A stretch of 63,973 nucleotides of DNA, counting the filler, from an uncultured bacterium (lineage in GTDB: Bacteria > DAOPZR01): the NCBI GenBank assembly GCA_964637655.1. It is 4 parts of 4 records of this genome, joined end to end, with 100 filler letters (N's around TTAATTAATTAA, not from the genome) between each part and the next. Parts side by side here need not be neighbours in the genome. Positions count along the whole stretch, not along the records: positions 1 to 16,762 come from CAZWUZ010000042.1; 3 more parts are not named here. The stretch is one strand, 5' to 3'. Below are positions 1-9,217 of the stretch, piece after piece (positions within the stretch are counted from its first letter, which is position 1; the number at the start of each line of letters is the position of its first letter). Made by a program: the position numbers and the translations under genes. The notes below the pieces were generated by a model. The model had not been told where the DNA came from, did not search any database, and worked only from the letters and a program-made list of their open reading frames with translations.

Positions 1-38
1 CAGCGGCCGGAGCGCTGCATTACGGTGGTCATTGTCAC
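1..38 (-). CDS. Probable 5' end of a gene running off the left edge (product unknown)
   Basis: Minus strand has GGAGGG (51-56), then in-frame GTG(38)/ATG(32)/ATG(20), open to position 1, downstream of a good promoter at 95-123. Confidence 0.35.
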   Translation of the reverse strand, partial: MTMTTVMQRSGR

Positions 39-94
39 GGACCTTGTTGTCCCTCCCTCCGGCGGCGCTGCCGCTGCTGCCGGTCCCATAACCG

Positions 95-123
95 AGTATA
101 GCATCATCACGCAGCAACGTCAA
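95..123 (-). promoter_or_regulatory. Sigma70-type promoter pointing left
   Basis: TTGACG (123-118), 17-bp spacer, TATACT (100-95), with TGn extended -10. Confidence 0.55.
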
Positions 124-144
124 AGCGCATGGCGGCGGTGGCTG

Positions 145-173
145 TTGCCCGGGTCGACAGGTCATGCTATACT
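145..173 (+). promoter_or_regulatory. Sigma70-type promoter for the NHLP precursor gene
   Basis: TTGCCC (145-150), 17-bp spacer, TATACT (168-173), with TGn extended -10. Confidence 0.5.
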
Positions 174-246
174 CGCAGAAAGAGTTGCCGGTCGGCAGCG
201 GCATGCGCGATGCCCGGCAGCCACGTGTGGCAGAGGAGCGACGGAT

Positions 247-807
247 ATGGCATGCAACAGAAGCAACGGGTTTCTCAAACAGGTCGTCAGCAAACCGGAA
301 CTGCGGGCGCAGTTGCTCGCCAACCCCGCGGCAACCCTGAAGGCCAACGGGATTACCGTTCCTGACGGGGCGAAGGTCGTCATTCATGATGTGCCGCCCG
401 GTCAGCCCCACCTGATCCTTCCGGAAAAACTCGACCAGTGGGATGCGTGCTGCGGCGCCACTGAAGTGACGGCCGTGGTCAAGGCGGTTTTCGCTGATCC
501 CGCGTTACGCACGCAACTGTTTGCCGCACCCGGCGCGGTTTTTGCCGCCGTGCTCGGCAAGGAATTCCCCCCCGCCGGCAAAATGCTGGTCTTTGCCAAT
601 ACCGCCAGCGAATTTCATCTCGTCATTCCTGTCGCCGGCAAGGAACTGAGCGATGCCGAACTGGCCGCTGTTGCCGGTGGCAGCCTCCCGGGCGGTGCCG
701 CCATGGACGCGGTATGCGGAATCCTGTGGCATACCCGCATCGGCTGCAATCCGCTCTGCTGCGATATCTGCAATATTTTCGACTGCATCCACCACGCCAC
801 CGGCTGA
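247..807 (+). CDS. NHLP-leader RiPP precursor with two tandem leader domains and a Cys-rich core
   Basis: ATG 247 preceded by GAGGAG. Two copies of the NHLP pattern (PELRAQLLANP...HLILP; PALRTQLFAAP...HLVIP), then ELSDAELAAVAGG double-glycine motif and a 41-aa core with 6 Cys. Confidence 0.8.
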   Translation: MACNRSNGFLKQVVSKPELRAQLLANPAATLKANGITVPDGAKVVIHDVPPGQPHLILPEKLDQWDACCGATEVTAVVKAVFADPALRTQLFAAPGAVFAAVLGKEFPPAGKMLVFANTASEFHLVIPVAGKELSDAELAAVAGGSLPGGAAMDAVCGILWHTRIGCNPLCCDICNIFDCIHHATG

Positions 808-837
808 CGGTGACATTGCCCCACAGAGGTAGCGCGC

Positions 838-867
838 ACGGCCGGCCCGTCGTTCCGGGCCGGCCGT
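838..867. terminator. Hairpin between convergent genes, probable terminator
   Basis: Perfect 12-bp stem ACGGCCGGCCCG / CGGGCCGGCCGT with 6-nt loop; short T-run follows on +. Confidence 0.55.
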
Positions 868-920
868 CGCTTTGTCTGCTCCCTGCAGGCAGTCATGACG
901 GCGAATTTCGCGCGCCGGCG

Positions 921-2087
921 TTAGCACCTCGGCGCCGGCGCCAGCGCGCGCAGGATGCAGATGACCGTGCTTTTCCCCGTGGCGACCACCGCCGTGCCCG
1001 CCGCCGCGCGCCTGACGGCAAACGACCACGCATAATCGTCGCTGCTGAAGCCGGCACGGGCGAGATACGCCTGCAGTTCCGTCTGCGCCTGCAGCCACGC
1101 CTGCTGCTGCGCGCGGCTGGCCAGTAACGGCGCCGTATCGCCCGGGTTGAGCGTTGCGGTCCAGACGACGGGAATGGTGAAGGTGTTATGGAACAGGTCG
1201 CCGGGGCGGCGCGGGGCGGTGCGGGTGAGCGCATCGCGCCAGTCGATATCAGCGTCGGGATACCGGCGGCTGAGCTGGTTGGCTAAGCGGGTATCGCCCG
1301 GGCGCTGCCCGGCGGGATGGAAGGCATACCAGTAGTCCGCCTCGGCGCGCGAACTGCGCACGATAACGCCGTTATAGGTTTCTGCATCGAACAGCACGAA
1401 TTGCCGGCTGGAATACAACGCCGGCATAGCCGACACACTGCGGAACAGACGCCCGAACTGCACGAGAAATTCAGTATTGTTGCCTACGGCACACCCGTGT
1501 ACCTGCAGCACACGCTGCGCATCGACATGCGTGTCGGAGAGCGGGGCCACACTGCCGGCAGCGACTGCTTCAGCCAGCAGCGCGGCATCGGTCTGCTGCG
1601 GCCAGCCGGTGTCGACGGGGACACCGATACCTGTCCATTCATTGCCATGCGCGACAAAGTTGATAATCCCCCACGGCTGCCCGTCGCGCGGACGGTTGGC
1701 AGACAGCCAGTCATGCGCCGCGCGCAGCGTCTGGCAGTCAGTAATCACGTACTCGGTCTTCTGCTGCCGGTCGGTGCGGTAGTAGTGCGCGGCCCGCTCG
1801 TAGTAGCGGTTGCTGCCGTGGTCTGCGCCGAGAATGAACGTCACGCCGGTGCGCGGGACGGCAACAACAGGCGGCGGTGGCGGCGCTGGTCGCGGCGGCT
1901 GCGGACGCGGGGCGCGGGGGAGCAGCAGGGCGATGACGCTGACCGCCACGCACAGCAAAACGAGCGGCGCCAGCCAGGGCCGGCGCCGCTCACGGATGAA
2001 TTCTGCGTGCGCCCGCGGTGCCACCGACCGTTCAAGGTCAGCGGCGGAAATATCAGGTCGCGGGTCCTGCGGTACAACGTCTTTCAC
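921..2087 (-). CDS. Membrane-anchored hypothetical protein with possible caspase-like (clan CD) His/Cys motifs
   Basis: 388-aa ORF: N-terminal TM helix, Pro-rich linker, motifs IINFVAHG and VLQVHGC; starts 21 bp after the VIT gene stop. Confidence 0.6.
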   Translation of the reverse strand: MKDVVPQDPRPDISAADLERSVAPRAHAEFIRERRRPWLAPLVLLCVAVSVIALLLPRAPRPQPPRPAPPPPPVVAVPRTGVTFILGADHGSNRYYERAAHYYRTDRQQKTEYVITDCQTLRAAHDWLSANRPRDGQPWGIINFVAHGNEWTGIGVPVDTGWPQQTDAALLAEAVAAGSVAPLSDTHVDAQRVLQVHGCAVGNNTEFLVQFGRLFRSVSAMPALYSSRQFVLFDAETYNGVIVRSSRAEADYWYAFHPAGQRPGDTRLANQLSRRYPDADIDWRDALTRTAPRRPGDLFHNTFTIPVVWTATLNPGDTAPLLASRAQQQAWLQAQTELQAYLARAGFSSDDYAWSFAVRRAAAGTAVVATGKSTVICILRALAPAPRC

Positions 2088-2108
2088 TGCGTCCCCCCTG
2101 CGGGGATA

Positions 2109-4481
2109 CTACCATACGGCGAGCGTCAACTGCACGGTGGCCGGCCGGCGCAGCGTCAGCCCGTCAAACTTCCAGCCGGATATCGCCTGCAGCAGTTGCT
2201 GCGTGGTGGCCGCATCGAGCGCCGATTCGATGAGGTTCGCGGCGGTCACTTTGCCGTCCGTGCCGATCACCAGCGTCACCTTCACCTGCTGTCCGTCGCC
2301 GCTGATGGCGGCCGGCTGCGCCGGGAGCAGCTGCTGCAGTGCGGCAACAAAGCGTGCCTGCAGACGCGGCAGCGAAATCGAAGGGTTGTCGACGGTCAGC
2401 GCGACGATGCTGATGGAATCCGCCAGCGGTCCGGCCGGCGGCGGCACGGCGATATCCGCTGTCTCGTCTTTCAGCGCTTCACTGACCGGGGCGGGTGCCA
2501 TGGCGTTCGTGCGCAGTGCCTGCGGCGACAGATAAACCGGGCGTGACGGTGCGCCGCCGTAGAATGACGGGGCCGCGGCACCGACCGCGGTATTCTCCAC
2601 CCCTTCGGGCAGCGGCAACGCCTGCTGCACCGTGACGAGTTCGCCGTTCTCGTTGCGCCGCACGATGCTGTCGATGGCGACAAACGAGGTGTACTGCGTC
2701 ATCAGGTTGTACTGCAGCCCGAGCGCCGTCACTTCCTGCTTGAGTTCCGCGCGCGCCTCCGCCCGGTTGTAGTCGTCAAGAATGGCGATGCGCTGGCGGG
2801 CCCAGAGGTAGCGCAGCGCGCTGTTATCCGTGCGCGGGCGGTACTCGCTCAGGCGCAGGCGTTCGCTGAACGCGCCGTGTCCCGAGGTGCCGGTGACCAC
2901 CGCCTCGCCCTTCACTTCGCCCCGCCACTTGCCGAAAACGACCAGCGGGCGCTGCGCGAGCACGTCGGGGATGGAGACCGGTTCGATGTCGTAGGCGTCG
3001 AACCCGGGGAACGTGACGCTGATGCCGGTGAGCACCGGCGACTCGATGTAGCGGCGGAACGTATCCGCATGCGCCGCAGCATCCTCACGCCGCGTGATGA
3101 CGAACGGCTCGCCCTGCCCCATGCGGGCGATGCCCTCGATGATGTAGCGGTTGACCCCGCTGCCGATACCGAAGGCGTACATGTTCGCCTTGCCGAGATT
3201 GTTACGAATGAGGTCGAACGCCTCGCGTTCCACCGAGACGTAGCCGTCCGTCACGATAACGACGTTGCGTGACATCCCGTCGGGGCGCGGCAGCGCCAGC
3301 GCGCGCTTGAGCGCGGGGAGCAGTTCCGTCCCCCCGCGTCCATGCTCGTTGTCGATGGCATTGATGGCACGCGCGATGTTCTCCTCCGTCACCGGCAGCG
3401 ACTGCTCCGCCAGCACGGTATTGCCGCCCGAGAAGAGCATGACGTTGAAACGGTCCTGCGGGCGCAGCCCGGTGAGCAGGTCGCGCATCAGCTGCTTGCT
3501 GATGTTCAGCGGGAAGCCGTGCATCGAGCCCGACACGTCGACAATAAAGACGTACTCGCGCGCGGGAATCTGCGCCGGTGTCACACGCGCCGGGGGCTGC
3601 ACCATCATCAGGAAGAAGTTTTCCGTGTCACCCTGCCAGAGCAGCATGCCCGACTGGATGGCGTCACCCGCCAGGCGGTACCTCAGCACATAGTCGCGGT
3701 TGCCGCCGTTGCCGCCGGCCGGGTCGAGCGCGACTTCCGCGCTGTTCAGGTCGTTGTGCGTGGTGATGAGTTTGTGGCTCGGGCTGCTGATGTCGCGGAT
3801 GGGCATCCCGGCCGCGATGGAGGTCTTGAGGTCGAATGCATATGGCGCCTGCGCACCCTGCTGCAGGTAGGGGGACGCGGTGAACTGTTCTGTGGCCGGG
3901 GCGCCGGCGGCCGGGGTGGTGGTGTAGCGCGGCCCGACCACGGCGGGATAGACGAATTCATAGGTGCCGTCCGTAGGGACGAGCAGTTCGGTGTACTTGA
4001 GTTCAACGACGATTTCGTCATTGGGCTGGATATTGGCGACATTCATGGTGAAGACGTTGGGACGTTCCTGTTCGAGCAGCGAGGCGGTGCGCCCTTCGCG
4101 GCGCGCCTGCTCGTATTCCTGCCGCGCCTGTTCCCGTTCGCGGATCTTCGCGACAAGCACGCGCTCGCCGATGGTCATGGTCATCCCGTAGACCGCGGCG
4201 CGGGTGGAACCCGGAAAGACATAGACGGCTTCGAGGGTGCGGCTGCCCGTGTTGCGGTAGACCTGTCTGACCGTAACGTCAGCGATGACCCCGCTGATGC
4301 GCACGGTGGCGGAGGTCGACTTGAGCGGCAGCTGGTCGACGCCCGGGCTGTCGCTCTTGACAAAGAAATACGGCGACAACGTGCGGTCAGCATCGTTTTC
4401 CGCCGCTTTGGCGACCGACACAACGCACAGCAGCACAGCGAGCATAAGAGCGATGCCTGTCAGGATGTTACGGTAGTTCAT
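2109..4481 (-). CDS. VIT + von Willebrand A domain protein (inter-alpha-trypsin inhibitor-like) with TonB-C-like C-terminal domain
   Basis: Signal peptide (MNYRNIL...AKA), VIT motif (LPLKST...EAVYVFP), MIDAS DVSGSM, VTDG, C-terminal VTLVIGTDGKV...GWKF. Start 4481 chosen for GAGGGG RBS. Confidence 0.88.
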   Translation of the reverse strand: MNYRNILTGIALMLAVLLCVVSVAKAAENDADRTLSPYFFVKSDSPGVDQLPLKSTSATVRISGVIADVTVRQVYRNTGSRTLEAVYVFPGSTRAAVYGMTMTIGERVLVAKIREREQARQEYEQARREGRTASLLEQERPNVFTMNVANIQPNDEIVVELKYTELLVPTDGTYEFVYPAVVGPRYTTTPAAGAPATEQFTASPYLQQGAQAPYAFDLKTSIAAGMPIRDISSPSHKLITTHNDLNSAEVALDPAGGNGGNRDYVLRYRLAGDAIQSGMLLWQGDTENFFLMMVQPPARVTPAQIPAREYVFIVDVSGSMHGFPLNISKQLMRDLLTGLRPQDRFNVMLFSGGNTVLAEQSLPVTEENIARAINAIDNEHGRGGTELLPALKRALALPRPDGMSRNVVIVTDGYVSVEREAFDLIRNNLGKANMYAFGIGSGVNRYIIEGIARMGQGEPFVITRREDAAAHADTFRRYIESPVLTGISVTFPGFDAYDIEPVSIPDVLAQRPLVVFGKWRGEVKGEAVVTGTSGHGAFSERLRLSEYRPRTDNSALRYLWARQRIAILDDYNRAEARAELKQEVTALGLQYNLMTQYTSFVAIDSIVRRNENGELVTVQQALPLPEGVENTAVGAAAPSFYGGAPSRPVYLSPQALRTNAMAPAPVSEALKDETADIAVPPPAGPLADSISIVALTVDNPSISLPRLQARFVAALQQLLPAQPAAISGDGQQVKVTLVIGTDGKVTAANLIESALDAATTQQLLQAISGWKFDGLTLRRPATVQLTLAVW

Positions 4482-4616
4482 TGTCCCCTCCGCGGGCGGT
4501 TGCGGCATTTCCCGAATGCCGTTATGGTAGCATAGACAGGCGTGACGCGCTGCCGGTTGCAACAACTCATGTCATTCTCACCCGCGGCATGGTATACTGA
4601 AAACGGAGGTTTGACC

Positions 4617-5426
4617 ATGCGCTTGATCCTGCTGTGTGCTCTTCTGCTGCTCACCGGCTGTGCCAATCCCTACCGTGCCAACTACGTCAGCACCTTTGAT
4701 CGCTGGCCGGGTGCGGCCGGGCTGTTTGACACCGCGGCCGCACCCGCACCGCCGAAACTCGTGGCGGCGACCGACATGCAGCAGGACGCGCTGGCACTGC
4801 TCGAGAGCGGCTACCTGATGATCGGACGTGCGACCTTCCGCAGCGCGCGCATCGACGAACGTCAGGCGCTGGCGCTGGCACAGGAAGTCGGGGCCGACCT
4901 GGTGCTCGCCAGCCAGGAGTACATGAACACCGTCACGCAGAGTATCCCGATGACGCAATGGCTGCCGGAGCGGCGCTACACCACCACTGAGCGGGTCAGT
5001 TACCAGCCGCATCCCGATTCCACGCCGCTGATCAGCGAGCGCACGATCACCCAGACCATCCAGGGCGAGGCGTATGTCGAATACGTGCCGCAGACCACCG
5101 ACTACTACCAGTATGCCGCCACTTTCTGGAGGAAGGCGAAGCCAATGCATTTCGGCGTGCTCGTGCAGCGGCTCGATGAGGCGACCCGTCAGCGTTTGCA
5201 GACCAATCGCGGGGTCATCGTCAAGGCGGTGGTCAGCCGCACCCCGGCGTTCGACGCTGATATCCTGCGCGGTGACATCATCACGCAGTTCAACGGCCGC
5301 CCGGTGGCCGACCCGCAGGACTTCTTCGCGCAGGTGCGCGCCCATGCCGGGCAGCGCGTAACGGTGCGCCTCGTCCGCGGCAGCAGCACGCTCGACGTAC
5401 CCCTGACACTGCAACGCGGCGACTGA
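4617..5426 (+). CDS. Lipoprotein with C-terminal PDZ domain
   Basis: GGAGG RBS, lipobox LLLTGC, C-terminal GVIVKAVVSRTPAFDADILRGDIITQFNG PDZ pattern. Confidence 0.8.
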   Translation: MRLILLCALLLLTGCANPYRANYVSTFDRWPGAAGLFDTAAAPAPPKLVAATDMQQDALALLESGYLMIGRATFRSARIDERQALALAQEVGADLVLASQEYMNTVTQSIPMTQWLPERRYTTTERVSYQPHPDSTPLISERTITQTIQGEAYVEYVPQTTDYYQYAATFWRKAKPMHFGVLVQRLDEATRQRLQTNRGVIVKAVVSRTPAFDADILRGDIITQFNGRPVADPQDFFAQVRAHAGQRVTVRLVRGSSTLDVPLTLQRGD

Positions 5427-6986
5427 TTACTCCCGGCGCAGCCGCGCTTCCGCGCGCTGCAGTCGCGCATGGTAGTCGCCCGTGTCGAGAAAACCCGTCA
5501 GCTTGCGGATGAGCAGCCAGCCGCCGAACCCGCGGATATTGTTGCGCCAGGCGCGATACCAGCGGTGCCAGTGCGCGCGGATGTTGATGAGCGGCAGGAA
5601 GGCGATGGGGAAATAGAGCGTGCGCAGCCCGACCAGCAGCAGATGGTGGAAGTGGTAGAACCGCTTGAGCAGGCGCAGCACCCCGTCGAGCTGCTCGGTC
5701 GCGGTCACCGGTGCGTCCGGCATGAAGAGCGGAAAATTCCCGTCGTAAAAATCCCAGCCGAGTTCGTCGAGCGGATACAGCCGGCCCTGCGCCGCCAGCC
5801 GCGCCCGCAGCGCCGTGCCGGGCAGCGGTACAGGATTGAGCACCTGCAGCGTGTCGAGTCGCGCGACGCGGATGAATTTTTCGTAGGCGCACATCTGCCG
5901 GTCGAGATGCAGTCCTGACTCCTGCCCCGGGTGTGCGGGATAGCCGAGGATGAACATGCCGTGCACGAGGAAGCCCGCTTCGCGGTAGGCGCGGGTGTAG
6001 GCGAGCATGTCGGCGGCGCGGATATGCTTGCCGATGGTCTTGAGCACCTCGTCGTCGACCGATTCGTAGCCGATGGCGACGGTGAGCACGCCCGCCTCGC
6101 GCATCGCCTGCAGCAGTTCCGTATCACGCGCCGTATCGAGCCGCACCTGGATGGAGATGTCGAGCCGCTTGCCCACCGCCTTCTGCCATTGCGCCGCGAG
6201 GCGGCAGAACGCCAGCGTCCCCGCGCGCTCCTGCCCGAAATGGTCGTCGACAACGAAGAAACTGTGCCAGCCGTGCTGCTCCACCACGCGGATGATGCTG
6301 TTGAGCAGGCGTTCCGGTTTTGCCCAGCGCGGCTTGCCCTTGATGGCGCAGAACTCGCAGTCCATGCCGCAACCGCGGATGCGGCTGATGGGGTAAACCG
6401 CCACCTTCGCATAGCGCAGCAGGTTGAAATCGGGATAGGGGAGCGCATCGAGGTCGGCGATCGGGGGGCGGTCGGGCGTGCAGACCTCGCGCCCGTCCTG
6501 CCGGTACGAGATGCCGCTGATGGCGGAGAAGTCACGCCCGCCCTCCGCCGCGCGCAGAATCTCCTGCATGGCGTATTCCCCCTCGCCATGCACCACGATA
6601 TCGACACCGTTGGCGAGTCCTTCGTCCGCCTGCCCGAGGAAATGGTGCCCGCCCGCGACGGTGAGTACCCCCTGCTCCTGATACCAGCGTGCCAGTTCGT
6701 AGAGGCGCGGCACCCCGCAGGTCAGACCGCCGTAGAACCCGACCGCCGCCGCCGGGCGCGCCAGCTGCAGGAACGCATGGTCAGGTGCGCCATGCGCATC
6801 GTGCGGGCCGGGAAAACGGTAATTGTTTTCGTCGATGACCTCGACCTCCCAGCCGGGCAGCTGCGCGGCGGCCGTCGCCACGCTGAGCGGGCCGAGCGCC
6901 GTGGTCTTGCGCGCGATATGCGAGTAGACGTTGAACCCGGGGAGCTTCGGCAGAATCATGCGGAACAAACGCGGCGTGTCACTCAT
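5427..6986 (-). CDS. B12-binding domain radical SAM protein
   Basis: CxxxCxxC (CGMDCEFC), N-terminal cobalamin-binding pattern (VAGGHH...VVHGEGE), IGYES and GMFILG motifs. Start 6986 has GAGG RBS. Confidence 0.88.
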   Translation of the reverse strand: MSDTPRLFRMILPKLPGFNVYSHIARKTTALGPLSVATAAAQLPGWEVEVIDENNYRFPGPHDAHGAPDHAFLQLARPAAAVGFYGGLTCGVPRLYELARWYQEQGVLTVAGGHHFLGQADEGLANGVDIVVHGEGEYAMQEILRAAEGGRDFSAISGISYRQDGREVCTPDRPPIADLDALPYPDFNLLRYAKVAVYPISRIRGCGMDCEFCAIKGKPRWAKPERLLNSIIRVVEQHGWHSFFVVDDHFGQERAGTLAFCRLAAQWQKAVGKRLDISIQVRLDTARDTELLQAMREAGVLTVAIGYESVDDEVLKTIGKHIRAADMLAYTRAYREAGFLVHGMFILGYPAHPGQESGLHLDRQMCAYEKFIRVARLDTLQVLNPVPLPGTALRARLAAQGRLYPLDELGWDFYDGNFPLFMPDAPVTATEQLDGVLRLLKRFYHFHHLLLVGLRTLYFPIAFLPLINIRAHWHRWYRAWRNNIRGFGGWLLIRKLTGFLDTGDYHARLQRAEARLRRE

Positions 6987-7101
6987 ACTGGTCACCTCAG
7001 TAACAGTATAGCACAAAGCAGCCGATGCGCCTGCATTTTTGTGCCGCCTATGCTACACTCACCATCCAGCGGGTAACCGCGGTACGGGCCGGGGACGGAA
7101 C

Positions 7102-8184
7102 ATGCTCACGCTCACGAAGTTGCGCAAGGAGTACAACGGGACGGTCGCGGTCGACGATGTCGATCTGACGGTCAACAAGGGCGAGTTCTTCTGCCTGCTC
7201 GGGCCGAGCGGCTGCGGCAAGACGACCATCCTGCGCATGGTCGCCGGGTTCGAACTCCCCACCGCGGGGAGCATCGCGCTGGCCGGCCGCGAAATAACCG
7301 GCCTGCCCCCCTACGCGCGCGATGTCAATACCGTCTTCCAGAACTATGCCCTGTTTCCCAACTATACCGTGCGCGGCAATATCGCCTATGGCCCGCAGCT
7401 GAAAAAGCTCACCGCGGCGGAAATCGACCGGCGGGTGGACGAGGCGATGGCGCTGGTCGGGCTGCAGGACCTCGGGGCACGCCTGCCGTCGCAACTGTCG
7501 GGCGGGCAGCAGCAGCGGGTGGCGCTGGCGCGCGCGCTGGTCAACCGCCCGTCGCTGCTGCTGCTCGACGAGCCGCTCTCCGCGCTCGACAAGCAGATCG
7601 CCGAACACACGCGGCTCGAACTGAAAGACCTGCAGAAACGGCTCGGCATCACCTTCGTCTTTGTCACCCATAACCAGGTCGAGGCGATGACCATGTCCGA
7701 CCGCATCGCGGTCATGCACCGCGGGCGCATCGAGCAGTGCGCGTCCCCGACGGAGATCTACAGCCGCCCGGCCACCCCGTTCGTCGCCGGGTTTATCGGC
7801 ACGATGAACTTCTTCCCCGCCACCGTCACCGCCACGGCAGACGGCAGCACCTCCCTGCGCCTGTTTGACCGCAGCGAGGCGCAGTACCGCGAGGGCACCC
7901 CCTTCCCTGCGGGGACGACGGTGCGTTACGGGGTGCGCCCCGAACAGCTGCGCGTGTCGCTGCTCCCGCCGAAGGACTTCGAGAACGGGCTGCACGGCAC
8001 CATCACGCGCCAGGTCTTCATGGGTGAAACGACGCAATTCGTCATCACGCTCGACGGCGGCGCCACGGTCGAAGTCAATGTGCTCAACTACCTCATTGTC
8101 GCGGAAAAGCCGCTCGGCTTCGAGCTGCAGGAGGAAGTGCACCTCATCTGGAGCAAGTCGTCCGGAGTGCTGCTCCATGGCTGA
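7102..8184 (+). CDS. potA: Spermidine/putrescine ABC transporter ATP-binding protein
   Basis: Walker [36 protein letters not shown]-like tail; followed by permeases. Confidence 0.9.
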   Translation: MLTLTKLRKEYNGTVAVDDVDLTVNKGEFFCLLGPSGCGKTTILRMVAGFELPTAGSIALAGREITGLPPYARDVNTVFQNYALFPNYTVRGNIAYGPQLKKLTAAEIDRRVDEAMALVGLQDLGARLPSQLSGGQQQRVALARALVNRPSLLLLDEPLSALDKQIAEHTRLELKDLQKRLGITFVFVTHNQVEAMTMSDRIAVMHRGRIEQCASPTEIYSRPATPFVAGFIGTMNFFPATVTATADGSTSLRLFDRSEAQYREGTPFPAGTTVRYGVRPEQLRVSLLPPKDFENGLHGTITRQVFMGETTQFVITLDGGATVEVNVLNYLIVAEKPLGFELQEEVHLIWSKSSGVLLHG

Positions 8185-9046
8185 GGCAACCTCCGCCCGC
8201 TTCACCCGCCTGCTGCTCCTCCCGCCGGCGGTCTGGCTGGGGCTCTGTTTCGGGCTGCCGCTGATTATCGTGCTGCTCTACAGCGTCGGGCATACCCATA
8301 CCTATGGCGGAGTCAGTTTCGGTCTTACCTTCGAACATTATCGCGCGGTCGCCGACCCCTTCTACGGCGGCATTTTCCTGCGCTCACTCGGGTACAGCGT
8401 GGGGATCACGCTGTTCACGCTGGTGCTGGCACTGCCGCTGGCCTATGTCATGGCCTGCGCCACGCCCCGCTGGCAGAAACTGATGATGTTCTGCATCATC
8501 GTCCCTTTCTGGACCAATTTTCTCGTGCGCATGTTCGCCTTCGTCACCCTGCTCGGTGACAGCGGGCTGATCAATACGCTGCTGCTGCGCCTCGGGCTGA
8601 TCAGCGCACCGCTCCCGCTGCTCCATTCGCTCTTCGCGGTCATCGTCGGTTTCGTCTACTGGAACCTGACCTACATGGTGCTGCCGATTTATGCTGCGCT
8701 CGAACGCATGGACGTGGCGCATGTCGAGGCGGCGATGGATCTCGGGGCGGGCCGGTTCACCGCCTTCCGTACCGTCACTCTTCCCGCCGCAATCCCCGGC
8801 ATCATTGCCGGGGTCATCTTCACCTTCATCCCCACCCTCGGCTGTTTTGTCATTCCTGAAATACTCGGCGGGCAGGACAACCAGATGATCGGCAACGTGA
8901 TCGTCACCCAGTTCCTGCAGGCGCGCAACTGGCCGCTCGGGTCCGCCTTCGCCATGCTCTTCGTTGCGCTGGTCATGCTGCTCATCTCGCTGACCATCCG
9001 CTACTATACACCTGCGACCGAAACGAAGCGCGGAAACGTCATCTGA
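8177..9046 (+). CDS. potB: Spermidine/putrescine ABC transporter permease
   Basis: PFWTNFLVR, EAAMDLGA loop, ARNWPLGSA; ATG 8177 overlaps the potA end. Confidence 0.88.
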   Translation: MAEATSARFTRLLLLPPAVWLGLCFGLPLIIVLLYSVGHTHTYGGVSFGLTFEHYRAVADPFYGGIFLRSLGYSVGITLFTLVLALPLAYVMACATPRWQKLMMFCIIVPFWTNFLVRMFAFVTLLGDSGLINTLLLRLGLISAPLPLLHSLFAVIVGFVYWNLTYMVLPIYAALERMDVAHVEAAMDLGAGRFTAFRTVTLPAAIPGIIAGVIFTFIPTLGCFVIPEILGGQDNQMIGNVIVTQFLQARNWPLGSAFAMLFVALVMLLISLTIRYYTPATETKRGNVI

Positions 9047-9048
9047 CA

Positions 9049-9217
9049 TGGCCAGTAACCTCTCGCGCAGCAACGGGCTGGGCATCGGCCGCGGCGGCTG
9101 GTGCCCGCGCCACTCTTCCAGCATAGGGCGCAGCGGCCGCTGCCCGCACCACACCGGAGCACCACGCTGTGGCCAGTAACCTCTCGCGCAGCAACGGACT
9201 GGGCATCGGCCGCGGCG
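9049..9217 (+). repeat. 48-bp direct repeat (9049-9096 and 9170-9217, 1 mismatch) duplicating the 5' end of potC
   Basis: TGGCCAGTAACCTCTCGCGCAGCAACGG(G/A)CTGGGCATCGGCCGCGGCG occurs twice, 121 bp apart. Confidence 0.9.

Noticed and set aside
25-246. N-terminal extension of the precursor ORF from GTG 25
   Set aside because: Overlaps two promoter-like elements; ATG 247 has a good RBS and starts the leader domain.
247-807. Catalytic nitrile hydratase alpha subunit
   Set aside because: Lacks the CxLCSC metal-binding motif, has no beta subunit gene, and ends in a double-Gly cleavage motif.
9049-9217. Mini-CRISPR array
   Set aside because: Only two 48-bp copies, the repeat is coding sequence, the 73-bp gap is too long and no cas genes are present.
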